Source: Octopus vulgaris
Lineage: Eukaryota
Assembly: GCA_951406725.2 (NCBI GenBank)
Contig: OX597814.1
Span: 113,336,001 to 113,400,000 of the forward strand
Length of the DNA stretch: 64,000 nucleotides
Direction of reading: 5' to 3'
This document shows, one piece after another, positions 40,741 through 57,966 of the stretch. A model generated the notes under the pieces. That model saw only the letters and a list, made by a program, of their open reading frames with translations, was not told the origin of the DNA and did not search any database. How positions within the stretch are numbered: the stretch's first letter is position 1; every line of letters starts with the position of its first letter. A program made the position numbers and the translations under genes.

Positions 40741-41205
40741 TTATATATATATGTATATACGTATGTATATATATATATATATATAAAACATATACATACA
40801 TATATACATACACACACATATATAACATATATTTACACACGCTAACAGTCACCCACACTAACATATATGCGTATATTTATGCATATATTTTACATATATA
40901 TATGTGTGTGTGTATGTGTGTGTATATATATGTGTATATATATGTGTGTGTGTTTATATATATGGATATATACACATATATATATATATATATATACACA
41001 CATACACACACCCGCTCACATACACAAACACACACACACACACACACACATATATGCACTTCTAATACAAGGATAAGATTTTATTAAAAAATTAATCAGT
41101 GGCTAGCTAAATCGTCGAACCAGATAAAATATTTTATTTTATATTGTTTAGATGATTTAGTGTCTATTGTTCAGCATATTGGCAAAGAAATTCTTTTCTT
41201 TTTAC

Positions 41206-41266
<61 letters not shown>

Positions 41267-41379
41267 TTATCTGGGCAGTAGTTAAGAAAGTTCGACCAAA
41301 AAGGAAAACTATAATTGTCAATAAATGTGACTAGGGTGTTATAAACACCTATATTGCTAGAATATAGACATACAATTAT

Positions 41380-42061
<682 letters not shown>

Positions 42062-42095
42062 GATATATAATCACGGACACCCACATTCACCTATT

Positions 42096-42127
<32 letters not shown>

Positions 42128-42563
42128 TACATAATCACGGACAACCACATATATATACATGTGTGTGTGCGTGTGTTTGTACGTATGTATATAATTTGTT
42201 TTATTAATACATTATTCCGCCCGTATGAATCGCGCCATACATAATCAGTTGCAGGTTATGTGCATATAGTGTGTTGTCTGGGATAAAACTTAACGTAAAT
42301 TATAACAATATAGGAACAAATAAGGCATAGATTAAAAAATCTATGGAAGGAACACGGCGTCATTACGAAGCAGACGACGAGGGGATATTGTATGTAAAGT
42401 ATAAAGGGCGTCGCCAATATTGTACCGCCTCTTTTTAGTGTTATGACGAATGTTCTGCCTTGTCTGGCGAGCTGGCTGTCAGCTCCGACTAATATTAAGA
42501 TAGTGACACAGTGTGTTCGTGCCCGCATGTGTGTGTATGTATATATGTGTGCATGTATGTATG

Positions 42564-42595
<32 letters not shown>

Positions 42596-42659
42596 TGTAT
42601 GTATGTATGTATGTATGTATGTATGTATGTATGTATGTGAGTGTGTGTGAATGTATTCT

Positions 42660-42984
42660 CTTTCTCTTCCTCTTTTACTTGTTTCAGTCATTTGACTGCG
42701 GCCATGCTGGAGCACCGCCTTTAGTCGAGCAAATCGACCCCAGGACTTATTCTTTGTAAGCCCAGTGCTTATTCTATCGGTCTCTTTTGCCGAACCGCTA
42801 AGTGACGGGGACGTAAACACACCAGCATCGGTTGTCAAGCAATGCTAGGGGGACAAACACAGACACACAAACACACATACATATATACATATATATATAC
42901 ATATATACGACAGGCTTCTTTCAGTTTCCGTCTACCAAATCCACTCACAAGGCATTGGTTGGCCCGGGGCTATAGCAGAAGACG
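42660..42984 (-). mobile_element. SINE family B, 5'-truncated
   Basis: Family B sequence. Confidence 0.8.
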
Positions 42985-43216
42985 TATGTATGTATGTATG
43001 TATGTATGTATGTATGTATGTGTGTGTGTGTGAATGTATGTATGTATATATATATATATATGTGTGTGTGAATGTATTTATGTGTATAATTGTATGTTGA
43101 CTTGTATGCGTTCGCGTGCCTGTGCGCGTGTGCATCTCCGAATGTCTATCTATCTATCTATCTATCTAGAGAGAAAGAAAAAAGAAAAAAGAAAGAAAGT
43201 AAAAGAGAGATAAGAG

Positions 43217-43248
<32 letters not shown>

Positions 43249-43298
43249 AAAAAAAGAGAGAGAGAAACATTAATCGTATAAATAAATAAATATCTGTT

Positions 43299-43333
<35 letters not shown>

Positions 43334-43483
43334 TGTATACCACACTCACATATGTGTTATGTGTGTGTTTGTGTGTCAACATGTGTGTCTGTTATCCCCC
43401 GCTCTCTCTACGTCTCTCACTGCGTGTGTCTGTGTGTTTGCATACGCTTATGTATTTGTATTTTCATTCGCGAAGGATTGAAT

Positions 43484-43517
<34 letters not shown>

Positions 43518-44663
43518 TAGTGAATGAGGGAGAGGGAGAGGGAGAGAGAGTGATATATATATATACAAAGAGGGTGAGAGAGATATAGAGATAGCACAAC
43601 ACTGAATGGCTTAACAGCAGCCATATTGCCCGGCAAACCGCACCCATTACAGTTACCACACACACGGCTTTAGACATTGACAAACCAATAACAGAAGAGA
43701 ATATTCGAATAATAAACAAAACAAAACCCAGAATAACGTCCAGGGCAAGCTTATACGAACCAGTGCAGTTAGAAGCTAAGTTCTTGTTGAGAACTAAAAG
43801 AAACATCAACCAATGATAACACAGCATAAATAGAAGAAAACAACGGACTTCTAAACGGCTTACCTACGTCTCCCGCCTTCGAAATGTATCATCTGCCATG
43901 TCAGAAATTTATTCCTCCACCCACAGTCAGACAGCGGCGAATGAATACATGAAAATGTCTAATACATACATATAGTGTGTGAGATGAGAGGCGTTAAGCG
44001 CTGATGTGTATGAATACAAAATAGTTACCAGTTCAAATATGCCTAAGGCACGTTCGAACCCGTATGTAAGCCACACTATGATAAAATGCAGCGAATGGCT
44101 GTCTCACGGGTTCGAATATGCCTCAAGTATATACTGTAGCTTTTATCGTTTATTTGTTTCTGTCTTTGGACTGCGGCCATACTGGAGCACCGCTTGATGG
44201 GGGTGGGGGCTTAGTCGAACATAGTTCATATATTTTTTAAACAGCCTATGTTAATTTACAGGGATTTTAACTGATGCCAGTTGTTTCAAACTTCGTACTG
44301 GTGAAATTTCTCACGCAGAACAGTGTTTACTTTGAACATTTTTGACAAAATTTCGTATTTTAGAAGTTATTTCGTGTTAAAGTTGTCGTATTTAGGTAAT
44401 TTCAACAAATCAACGACGTGTATTCAGTTGAAGAAAGCTACTGCTGTTTGCAATAATAATCGAAGAGAAACAACTTAAAAATAAAAAAAAAATTAACTAA
44501 AAATTCTGTGCGCCAGAGTGAACCGATCCTTCGGTCTTTGAGTCACTTTGGTTTCTGCTAAATATTAATAATATATATAGAGAGAGAAAAAGAGTGTATG
44601 TATGTATGTATGTATGTATGTATGTATGTATGTATGTATGTATGTATGTATGTATGTATACTG

Positions 44664-44719
<56 letters not shown>

Positions 44720-44795
44720 GCACACATATATATATTTATATATAACCAATCTGTGTGTGTGTATATATATATATTTATGTATATATATATAGTTG

Positions 44796-44836
<41 letters not shown>

Positions 44837-45042
44837 GTATATAAATATACTGTCCGATGAACGGCAACGGGAAACTCAGAGTAACAGGTTTTGTTGAATT
44901 TTCTGCTGCTTTAAATAAAGTATATATATATATAATAAGAAAGGGTAAAATTAATTAAGTAAGAAGTAATCAATAATTTCACCGAGTAGAATTCGGTATG
45001 AAAGAAGGACCATGATTTTGTTAAGATTGATAGTATATTTAT

Positions 45043-45093
<51 letters not shown>

Positions 45094-45205
45094 TGTAGAA
45101 ATATGGGTGTATTGGCAAGAACCGGTCTTTCAAAATGTGACCTCGTGTGTACCGTTGGCGATTTTTTCCTCCGTCTTCCCTTCTCTGAATCTTTCCTTCT
45201 CCTAT

Positions 45206-45240
45206 GTTTCCGACGAAGAGCTCTGCTCGAAACGTTAGAC
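45206..45240 (+). ncRNA. Minimal hammerhead-like motif (CCGACGA core)
   Basis: GTTT-CCGACGA-a-GAGC tct GCTC-GAAAC GTT-AGAC; degenerate relative on minus at 21839-21867. Confidence 0.45.
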
Positions 45241-45338
45241 CCTCCTTCTTTCCTTCTTTCCTGAGCGTCCAATAATACTATATTTGTTCCACGTCCTCGC
45301 GTTGTTGTGCTTTTTTGTGTTTTCTTGTTTGGATTAAC

Positions 45339-45435
<97 letters not shown>

Positions 45436-45571
45436 CATACGTACCTACCTACATACATACATACATACATACATACATACATACATACATACATACATAC
45501 ATACATACATACATACATACATACATACATACATACATCCATACATCCATCCATACATACATACATACATA

Positions 45572-45960
45572 ATTGGAGCACTAGGCTTTGTTAGTAAATG
45601 CTTAAAGGAGAATCTGAATAAACTGGGATTTTCAGAAAGAGAAATCGTCCGGCTAATTCGTACATTACAAGTGCAATCTGTGAGTGGAACAGTAAAAATA
45701 TGCAAGACTTTTCTCAAATTCCAAATGTGAATTTGTCTGTGTAAAACTATAGCCCAAAGATGGACCCCTGCATCTTTGTTGGAAACTGGCTCCCTCCTCA
45801 GTGGAAGATTTATAATAATTAAAAAATAGAAGAGTCATACAGAAATACATAATGTGACAACGTACCTTTGATGCAAGTCTGATGCAGTGTCTCTCTAATG
45901 CCTAAAACCGCAAACGTTACATAAACATTCCCTTCGCATTTTTGCGTAAACTGGCGTAAA
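45572..45960 (+). mobile_element. 3' end of an RLE-type non-LTR retrotransposon next to (CATA)n
   Basis: [52 protein letters not shown] (45572-45730), then a putative 3' UTR. Confidence 0.6.
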
Positions 45961-46232
45961 CTATATATATATATGTATGTGTCGTATGCAACCATGCATG
46001 TATGTATGTATGTATGTATGTATGTATATATATATATATGTACGTATGTATAATATTATTAAGTAAGAAAATGGAGAGACTAAATGAATATAAATAAATT
46101 AATTAATTACTAATTAACATTACCTACAATTGCTTCAAATTGTATTTGTGTGTATGTGTGTGTGTATGTTCTAAAAATTTCATTTAAATATAAGAAAATA
46201 AAGTATAAAAAACAATATTAACGATATAAACG

Positions 46233-46399
46233 TGTGGCTGTGTGGTAAGTAGCTTGCTTACCACATGGTTCTGGGTTCAGTCCTACTGCGTGGCACCTCT
46301 GGCAAGTGTCTTCTACTATAGCCTCGGGCTGACCAAAGCCTTGTGAGTGGATTTGGTTGACGGAAACTGAAAGAAGCCCGTCGTATATATGTATGTATG

Positions 46400-46445
<46 letters not shown>

Positions 46446-46590
46446 TGTATGGTTGTGTGTCTGTGTTTCTCCCCCCAGCATCGCTTGACAACCGATGGTA
46501 GTGTGTTTACGTCCCCATAACACAGCGTTGCTCCAGCATGGCCACAGTCAAATGACTGAAACAAGTAAAGGAGTAAAAGAGTAAAAGAGT
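46233..46590 (+). mobile_element. SINE family B with internal deletion
   Basis: Family B sequence. Confidence 0.8.
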
Positions 46591-47005
46591 ATATATTTAA
46601 AAAACATATTAACACACACACACACACACAGACACACACACACAAACAAATAACTAAACATAATTTTTACTTAGTCTGTTGGAGTATTTCAAACGATCAA
46701 CATGTAACTTCCTTAATGTCCTTTGGCCCTGATGATATTTTGCTCTAAATCTTCAATATGCAAACTTATTTATATTCTATATGTTCGCAATTTGTATTGG
46801 GTGTAAATTGAAACAATTGTAGGAAATGTTAATAAATAAATAAATTTATATCCATTGAATCTTTCCATTTCTTACTTGATAATATTTGATATTCATAATA
46901 TATTAATTGAAGGGATACTTCTTAACCCATCCCTATAACAGTTTTATATATCCTCGTAGTGCCTAACTATCTGTGTGTGTGTATATATATATATGTATAT
47001 ATATT

Positions 47006-47037
<32 letters not shown>

Positions 47038-47154
47038 TCATATATATATATGTATTCATATATATATATGTATATATATATATATACATATATATATCTT
47101 ATAAATATCAGATATCATCAAGTAAGAAATTAAGATATTCAATGGATATAAATT

Positions 47155-47211
<57 letters not shown>

Positions 47212-47623
47212 CAAAATGGGACAAGATCGCAAAATATCCAGACAGTTAGGTGATACAAAACAGGGGACAAGAAAATATCCAGATAGACGTTACAAAGAAA
47301 ACAAAGACGGGTCATTCGGAGTTTTCTTTCCCCAGTCGAGTTCCTGATTATCTTTGCAGTTTCGCCTGGTTATACTCGAGATTGCTCCAATCTGACCAGC
47401 CCCAAGGAAAAACTAAGCTAAGAGCATTTGATTCCTCGGAAGAAAGCAGCGAATGTATACGAAAACATGGACGGAAAAAATACAAATAACAGGACATAAC
47501 AACAGGTGTCTTTCGACTAAGGACGAATCAAATTGAGCTGGCGTGTGTAGAAATAAAGCCTTACGACAGAGTTTTCACATGCACAAGGAGGAATATAGAT
47601 ATTGCACGGAATATAGGTTTTGC

Positions 47624-47768
47624 ATCGGAAAAATACCTTAGGAATGAGAACCCAGGTTCGAAATTCTCCCAGAAATCTAATGAAGGCTGGAGGGTATATC
47701 AGCCGAAACGCTGTGTGAATAACAAACAAGATGAGGACAAATATCCGTCAAATGTAAATAATGTAAAT
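47624..47768 (+). mobile_element. Family D 3' fragment with mutated HHR core (CTAATGA)
   Basis: ggaatgagaacccaggttcgaaatt...ggctggagggtatatcagccgaaacg...aatgtaaataatgtaaata. Confidence 0.75.
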
Positions 47769-48035
47769 AGCTGTGTTGCTAAATAATATAAGCAACCGAT
47801 CAGTACACGATGGAGTGACAGTTCAGCTTGCTAGAAACATACGTAAAATCTCCCTCAAATTACACCCTAATGTCCGAAAGGGTGAAACACATTGTATAGT
47901 GTAGTCTTTCGTATACATTCCCCAAGAATAGGATATTCATGTCTGGAAGGCATTTGATCATAGTTTGTTCAACCAGGGTTGACCTGGGGTTAAACAAGGA
48001 CAACGGCTAAATAGTATATGTAAACTCGCATTCAG

Positions 48036-48071
<36 letters not shown>

Positions 48072-49358
48072 TTGAATTTATAAATATGTATATATGCATA
48101 TTAATATTATTAAAAGGCGGTGAAAGGCAGCGAGCAGACAATCGTTAGCACGCCGGGCAAAATGCTTCGCGCATTTGGTCTAATTCCGCAGAGGGCGACT
48201 TTGCCTTTCATCAAATTGGAGTCGATTAAATAAGTACCAGTTACGCACTGGGGTCGACTTACCCTCCCTCCCCCAAACTTTCAGGCCTTGTGCCTATAGC
48301 AGAAAGGGTTAGTAAAAGGCAACGAGTTGGCAGAATCGTTAGCACACCGGATAAAAGGCTTAGCAGCCTTCCGTCCAACTTTTCGTTCTGAGTTCAAATT
48401 CTGCCGAAGTTGACTTCACCTTTCATTCTCTCGGGGTCGAAAAAATAAGTACCAGCTGGTCACTGGGGCTGATGTAAAAGATTAGTCCCCCTCTCCTCAA
48501 AATTTCAGGCCTTCTACTTATAGTAGAAAGATATATGTGTGTGTGTGTGTGTGTGTGCGTGTGTATGTGTGTATGTATACATACTACATTTATACATATA
48601 TATATATACTTACACACACATATATACATATATAACAGCACACGTATACAAAACAGGTTCAAACAGACTCTGTATATTGACACATAGGATTTCGTCACTC
48701 CACTCCAGACCCCAGACCCCCGATGTAAAGACATCCGCATACAAACGTATCCACTCGTACACAAACTCACAGAGGCCAGCACTTATATAAATAAACGCGC
48801 AACACACACACACACACGGAAAAGCACAAGAGACGGATTACTTCTTTGCCTGTCAGAGCGTACACACACACAGGGAAGTAAGCGTAAACACACACATATA
48901 TGCACACAACACCCCGTATACTATTTATGTGAATGCTACCAGAGACTCGAAGAAAAACACAAATAATCTCCGTCGATGTTCCAAGCCAATTTGCTTATTT
49001 TTCTAATGAAATTCCACCTTCACGCGAGGTGTCGCTTTTTCCTTAGATTTTTAGCTTGATGGTCTTTTGAGAATTGGAACCGTTAGTTCAAAAGGACAAA
49101 TCTACAGCTTATAAATATCACAAATACAATGATTATCTTGAAAACCGATGGACATTGAGTGCAGATTTGAGCAAGAAAAAGTCCAAAAGACGATGCCCGG
49201 TTTAATACCACCACCTGGTGAGGGCCTTGTGTTTCTTTAGAGTAATTTTGTTACAAGAATTCGATAAGATATCGGTTTCTTTTTCACTCACACTTTTCTT
49301 GCAGGCATTGCGCTACGAATTCTTGTCAAAAACTATTGGGATTGGTGCTATAAAAAAA

Positions 49359-49518
49359 CTAAAACACATATCTGTTCTGCCTTTTATCCCCTTCAAAATT
49401 GTCCCCTTCTGAAGCTACACACTTTTTGAAAGCATTCCTGGAGAATTTTGCAGGGGTGGGGATAGTGAGCAGCTGCCTCATCGCATTCTCTTGGATTTCC
49501 TGGACGTCTTGAAATCTT
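49359..49518 (-). pseudogene. mariner transposase C-terminal remnant
   Basis: RFQDVQEIQENAMRQLLTIP...KKCVASEGDNFEGDK; interrupted by the family D insertion. Confidence 0.65.
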
Positions 49519-50174
<656 letters not shown>

Positions 50175-50397
50175 GTCTTGAAATCTTGTTGGTGTTTCCT
50201 ACTGCGAAAACCGAGCCTTGGTTTCGGGGTCGTTGACATAAACCCAAGATTCGTTACTTGTTTATGATCGCTTTCAGAAAGATTTCGTCTTGCTCGACAC
50301 AACCAAGGAGATCCTGCGCAGCTGAAACTTGATCTTATTTTTTAAACGACCACGCTCGACACACTTTGCTTCTAAGCACTACTTCGAGAGAAAGACC

Positions 50398-51680
50398 GAA
50401 ATGCATCTGGCGCTCTTGTTGGTGGCTGTTGGGATGAATTTTCGTTTCTCTCTGATATTTATGGTACTTTTAACACAGCACGTCCATAAGAGGTAATTTC
50501 AGGACAAATATTGCAGTAACAGGCCTATCAAATGTGTGTATACATTAAGTATGATACATAGATGGTTATTTTTGATTAATTAATACCTCAGCTACATATA
50601 CCAGATTTTTAATCGCCAGGCGACTATTTGCAGCATTAGTGAGTGTTTTATCAACTTTATTCCTATATCAACTTTATTCCTATATAGGCGCAGGAGTTGC
50701 TGTGTGGTAAGTAGCTTGCTGACCAACCACATGGTTCCGGGTTCAGTCCCACTGCGTGGCATCTTGGGCAAGTGTCTTCTGCTATAGCCCCGGGCCGACC
50801 AATGCCTTGTGAGTGGATTTGGCAGACGGAAACTGAAAGAAGCCTGTCGTATATATGTATATATATATATATATGTATGTATGTGTGTGTTTGTGTGTCT
50901 GTGTTTGTCCCCCTAGCATCGCTTGTCAACCGATGCTGGTGTGTTTACGTCCCCGTCACTTAGCGGTTCGGCAAAAGAGACCGATAGAATAAGTACTGGG
51001 CTTACAAAGAAGAAGTCCCGGGGTCGATTTGCTCGACTAAAGGCGGTGCTCCAGCATGGCCGCGGTCAAATGACTGAAACAAGTAAAAGAATAAAAGAAT
51101 AAAAGAATATCAGAGACGAGAAATTATCATCCGAGTATGTGGCTGGATGCTAGCATGCGTCATTGAAGAGGCTTAAAAGATCGAAATGCATCTGATACGT
51201 TTGTTGGCCGCAGCTGCAACGAATTTTCGTCTATCTCTGATATCTATTGTGTTGTAACACAGCATGTCCATAAGAGATGTGATCTCAAGACAAATAACGG
51301 CAGTAACTGCCTTATCAACAATGTGTGTATATTAAACATGATACATAGATAACTGTCTTAATTAGACTCCGGATCAATTGCATATACTGGACTTTTATTC
51401 AGCCAGGCGGCTGTTTGCAACATCAGTGAATGTTTTATCCATTTTTTCCCTTTATCAGAAGCATGTGACTGTCTGAAATTGCATGCCATTAAAAAGACAC
51501 AAAAATGCTGAAATACATCTACAACTGTCGCCAGCTGCTTCTAGGACGAATTTTTGTCTCTGATATTTATTCCGTTTTTAACACTGCAAGCCCATAAGAA
51601 ATGTTTTTTCAGGACAAATAACTGCAATAACTGGCCTATCAACATGTATACATTAGGTATGATACGTTGGTGGTTATTTT
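50398..51680 (+). repeat. Old diverged tandem repeat, three ~330-350-bp units, interrupted by a SINE
   Basis: gaaat(g/a)catct...gaatttt..ctctgatat...ccataaga...gacaaata...atgatac recurs at ~50398, ~51183, ~51510. Confidence 0.65.
50685..51108 (+). mobile_element. SINE family B, full length
   Basis: Complete head, CORE-like domain, microsatellite and (TAAAAGAA)n tail. Confidence 0.88.
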
Positions 51681-52118
51681 AACACAAGTGTATTTGCAAC
51701 AATATATCAGAGTTTTATCACTGACAGTAACAAAAAAGGAAAGAAAAATACCCGGAAATTAGTCATAGACATATTATGCCAAATATGTAAGACGTAATCA
51801 CATTTTAAATCTAAAATGAGGGAATAAATAAATAAATAAATAAAAAAATAAATAAATAAGAATAAAAAGATTGCGTGGTTTAGTGTTAGAAATATTTTGG
51901 TCTATTTGGGTATCGGTGGAGCTGGAGAATGGATTTGTGGAAATTACTGGAAGTGAAATTAACAAAAATAAACCTGGATATGTTTGTATTTATTTGTTTG
52001 GTTGATTAAATTAGTTTTATTCAATATAGTTCTGTCGTCTGGACGATTTTAATGACTTAACAGTTGCACCATATGTTTCCCGGCTTCCTATGTTTGGCTG
52101 ATGTATTTTGGATGACTG

Positions 52119-52152
<34 letters not shown>

Positions 52153-52380
52153 TGTATGTATGTATGTATGTATGTATGTATGCGTGTATGGGTGCATGTC
52201 TCTCTGTATGTATGAATGAATGTATGTATGTATCTATGTGGATGGATGTGTATATATGTATTATGTATGCGTGTATGGGTGTATGCATGTATGTACATGT
52301 ATGTATCTATACAATTATACACACACACACACACATATATTCATATACAAATATCTATCTATCTATCTATCTATCAGTCT

Positions 52381-52422
<42 letters not shown>

Positions 52423-52712
52423 ACACACACATATGTACATGTATACACTTATACATATCTACATATACGCACACACATATCTCGTGTGCGAGATATGTGT
52501 GCGAGTGAGCGTGTATGTATGTATGTATGTATGTATGAATGTATGTATATATGTATGTATGTATTTAAGTACGTATATATGTGTATGTGTGTGTGTTTAT
52601 ACATATGTATATAAATATATAGATGTTTATATACACACGTATATCTACGTATATTTCTATCTCACACGATCTCGCTGTCTGTCTGCCTGTCTGTCTCTCT
52701 CTCCACATTCCA

Positions 52713-52743
<31 letters not shown>

Positions 52744-52819
52744 CTTACATATAAGACCAAAAGGGTACGGGCGTCGCTATATATATATGTATATGTAAAA
52801 AAAATACGTATGTATGTAT

Positions 52820-54783
<1,964 letters not shown>

Positions 54784-55423
54784 TCATTTTGTTCATGTAC
54801 AAGTACGTGTGTATTCAACATTATTCTTTTTATTTTATTCAGTTTTAGAAAAACCTGAAGTATGCTTTTAACAATTCTGGAGCGTATTGGGCGTGTTTTG
54901 TTCGTGACTTTTGGCCCACCCTGTACTTTGGCCAAGCTGAAGAACACCAGCAATGATCAGTTACAGACTGCTGCCTGTCCACGTGACCTGATGGTCTGTG
55001 AGTTTTGACATTATTATTCTTTGCTCCAGTATCGTTTTCGTAAGTAGCAGTAACTGTACCGAGATAAGTAGTAAAGCCGATGAAAGCTAAAGGTGAAATA
55101 AGAACGCCATTTTGCTTCCCTGCCTCTGTATTTATTTATTGAAGGTTTCTTAACGACATAGATAATTAGTTATCGGTCTGTTGAAGCCACGTGCTGTGTT
55201 TGTAAAGATTGAAGGAAACCAGAAGGTGAATTCCTTCCTGAAATGCAAATATATATATAAACAAAAACAAACACAAAAAAACAACAACAACAACAATACT
55301 AAAAAAAGCACTAACTCTCCCTCTTAAAAATGAAATAAACTAAAATAAAAGATTAAATATTTGAAACAAATCCAGAGGAGGATTGAATAAAGGAAATTAT
55401 AAATATTCACGCGTTAAATATTT

Positions 55424-55496
<73 letters not shown>

Positions 55497-55747
55497 TGTA
55501 TGTATGTATGTATGTATGTATGTATGTATGTATGTATGTATGTATGTATGTATGTATGTATGTGTGTGCGTATATATACGCACACACATTTGCATATGTG
55601 TATATTTATGTATAAGGCTTTTATATCTATCTATAGATACACACATATATGTTTATCTGTTTATATACATATGTGTGTGTATGCATGTGTGTATGTGTGT
55701 GTATGCGTGTGTATGTTCGAAAATAAACAGGGAGAGTAAAAGAGGCA

Positions 55748-55782
<35 letters not shown>

Positions 55783-55803
55783 AAGAGAGAGAGAGAAAGA
55801 GAG

Positions 55804-55834
<31 letters not shown>

Positions 55835-56359
55835 ATGGGATAGGAAGACCGAAAATGGGAGAGAAATAGAGTGAAGCAAAAAAAATAAAATGAATAAATA
55901 AAAACTCCAATATTTTACAGAAACGTAGTTTATTCGTTTTCACCATTTTGTTTTGATTTGACAAATAAGTGATTAGATATAAAGGTCACGTTGTAATTAT
56001 TAATAGGTGATGAAATTTACTGGACGTTTTGAAAATATGCTTTGGGTTTGAGAAATGGAAAATAGTGTTTTATACATGGCTTTGTATAGAGAATATTTAC
56101 GGCAGAAAATGGACCATTTTCAGCACTTCGTTCATTTAGAAGTTTTGATATTTTTTTCTCTCACGTGCAAGGTGGCAACCTGGTAGAATCGTTAGCGCAC
56201 CGGACAAAGAGCTCAGCAGTAATTCATCCATCTACCTTCGCGTTTTGAGTTCAAATTCCACCGAAATCGGTTTTTGTCTTTTATCCTTTCGTGGTCGATG
56301 AAATACGTACGAGTTGATCACTGAGGTTGATACAATAGACTTTTCCCCTATCCCGAAGT

Positions 56360-56658
56360 TTGTTCCTTCTCGAGCCATGCCTGGCTCGTAAGGGCCGGTT
56401 TCTCGGTTTCCTTGGCGTATAGGTTTCCCACCTGGACGGGACGCCGGTCTGTCGCAGGTGAGCTGCAGGATACAGGAGGAAAGAGTGAGAGAAAATTGTG
56501 GCGAAAGATTCAGCAGAAGTTCGCCATTACCTTCTGCCGGAGCCGCGTGGAGCATAGGTGTTTCGCTCATAAACACACACATCGCCCGATCTGAGATTCG
56601 AACTCGCGATCCCTCGAGCGCGAGTCATCTGCTCTAACCATCAGGCCATGTGCCTCCA
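56360..56658 (-). mobile_element. SINE family C, full length
   Basis: Reverse complement of the 20586-20825 family; 13-bp TSD cctatcccgaagt at 56347-56359 and 56659-56671. Confidence 0.85.
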
Positions 56659-56879
56659 CCTATCCCGAAGTAACAACTACATTTTCAGCACGAAATACTA
56701 TCAATAGCTAAACGAATTTCTCTTAATCCAGGTTAACCCTGTGGAAATTTTGGCGGCACAGGGTGTTCAAAAAGTCTCTCCGCAGTAAAAATTTAATGGT
56801 TTTCGGGCGAATCTTGTACACTGATCCTTTATTTTGCTCTCCAGAGCTAGGGACGTTTTTGAGGTATATGTGGTGCGGG

Positions 56880-57255
56880 TGAGACTGTGTGGTAAGGAGT
56901 TTGCTTCCTAACTACATGGTTCCAGGTTCAGTCCCACTGCGTGACACCTTGGGCAAGTGGCTTCTATTATAACATCGGGCCGACCAAAGTCTTGTGAGTG
57001 GATTTGGTAGATGGAAACTGAAAGAAGCCCGTCGTATATATGTGTGTATTTGTGTGCGTGTGCGTGCGTGCGTGTGTGTGTGCGCGTGTGCATGTGCGTG
57101 CGTGCGTGTGTGTGTGTGCACAAGTGCGTGTGTGTGCATGCGTGTGTGTGTGTGTGTGCGCATGTGTGTGCGCGTATGTATGTGCGTGTGTGCGTGTGTG
57201 TGCGCGTGTTCGTGCGTGCGTGCGTGTGTGTGTCTGTGTGTTGTCCCCCACCATA
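56880..57255 (+). mobile_element. SINE family B with expanded (TG/CG) internal repeat
   Basis: Family B head and CORE-like region. Confidence 0.75.
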
Positions 57256-57732
57256 AATATCGAATTTGATTCTTATATAATCCCCTTAACTGAACCAAAT
57301 GAAGGATCATTTCGCCGATAAGAAACAGACCACCACCAAATTATTCCAATAAAAACAGATACTCGAATAATCATTTCGTCTGCTGATCTTATTCACTCCT
57401 GAACAATTCCCTCCTTAGGAGTAAAAGCAGATGCTGTCCCTGGACCACTTAATCAATCAAATTTATATTCTCATCGATCAGATTTATTCTATGGTCAATG
57501 CTCCGAGATTTGCTGAGCAAATCATTCATTTATACCTTCGGCAAAAAGCTTCCGATATCATCAGCACCAAGCTTAAAAGAAAAGTGCTGGGGTAGCTTCG
57601 TTCGACTAAAATTCTTCAGGGTGGTGCCCCAGAATGGTCGCAGTCTAATGTCTGAAATTAGTAAAAGATATTTGAACAAGTGAAGTTTTGATGTTACTTT
57701 AGTTTAGTATTTAGTACATCTATACAGTTTCC

Positions 57733-57966
57733 TATTTCTTTATTGCCCACAGGGGGCTAAACATAGAGGGGACAAACAAGGACACACAAATGGGTTAAGT
57801 CGATTATATCGACCCCAGTGCGTAACTGGTACTTATTTAATCGACCCCGAAAAGATGAAAGGCAAAGTCGACCTCGGCGGAATTTGAACTCAGAACGTAG
57901 CGGCAGACGAGATACCGCTAAGCATTTCGCCCGGCACGCTAACGTTTCTGCCAGCACGCCGCCTTC
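57733..57966 (-). mobile_element. SINE family A, full-length monomer
   Basis: 17-bp TSD acatctatacagtttcc at 57716-57732 and 57967-57983. Confidence 0.9.
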
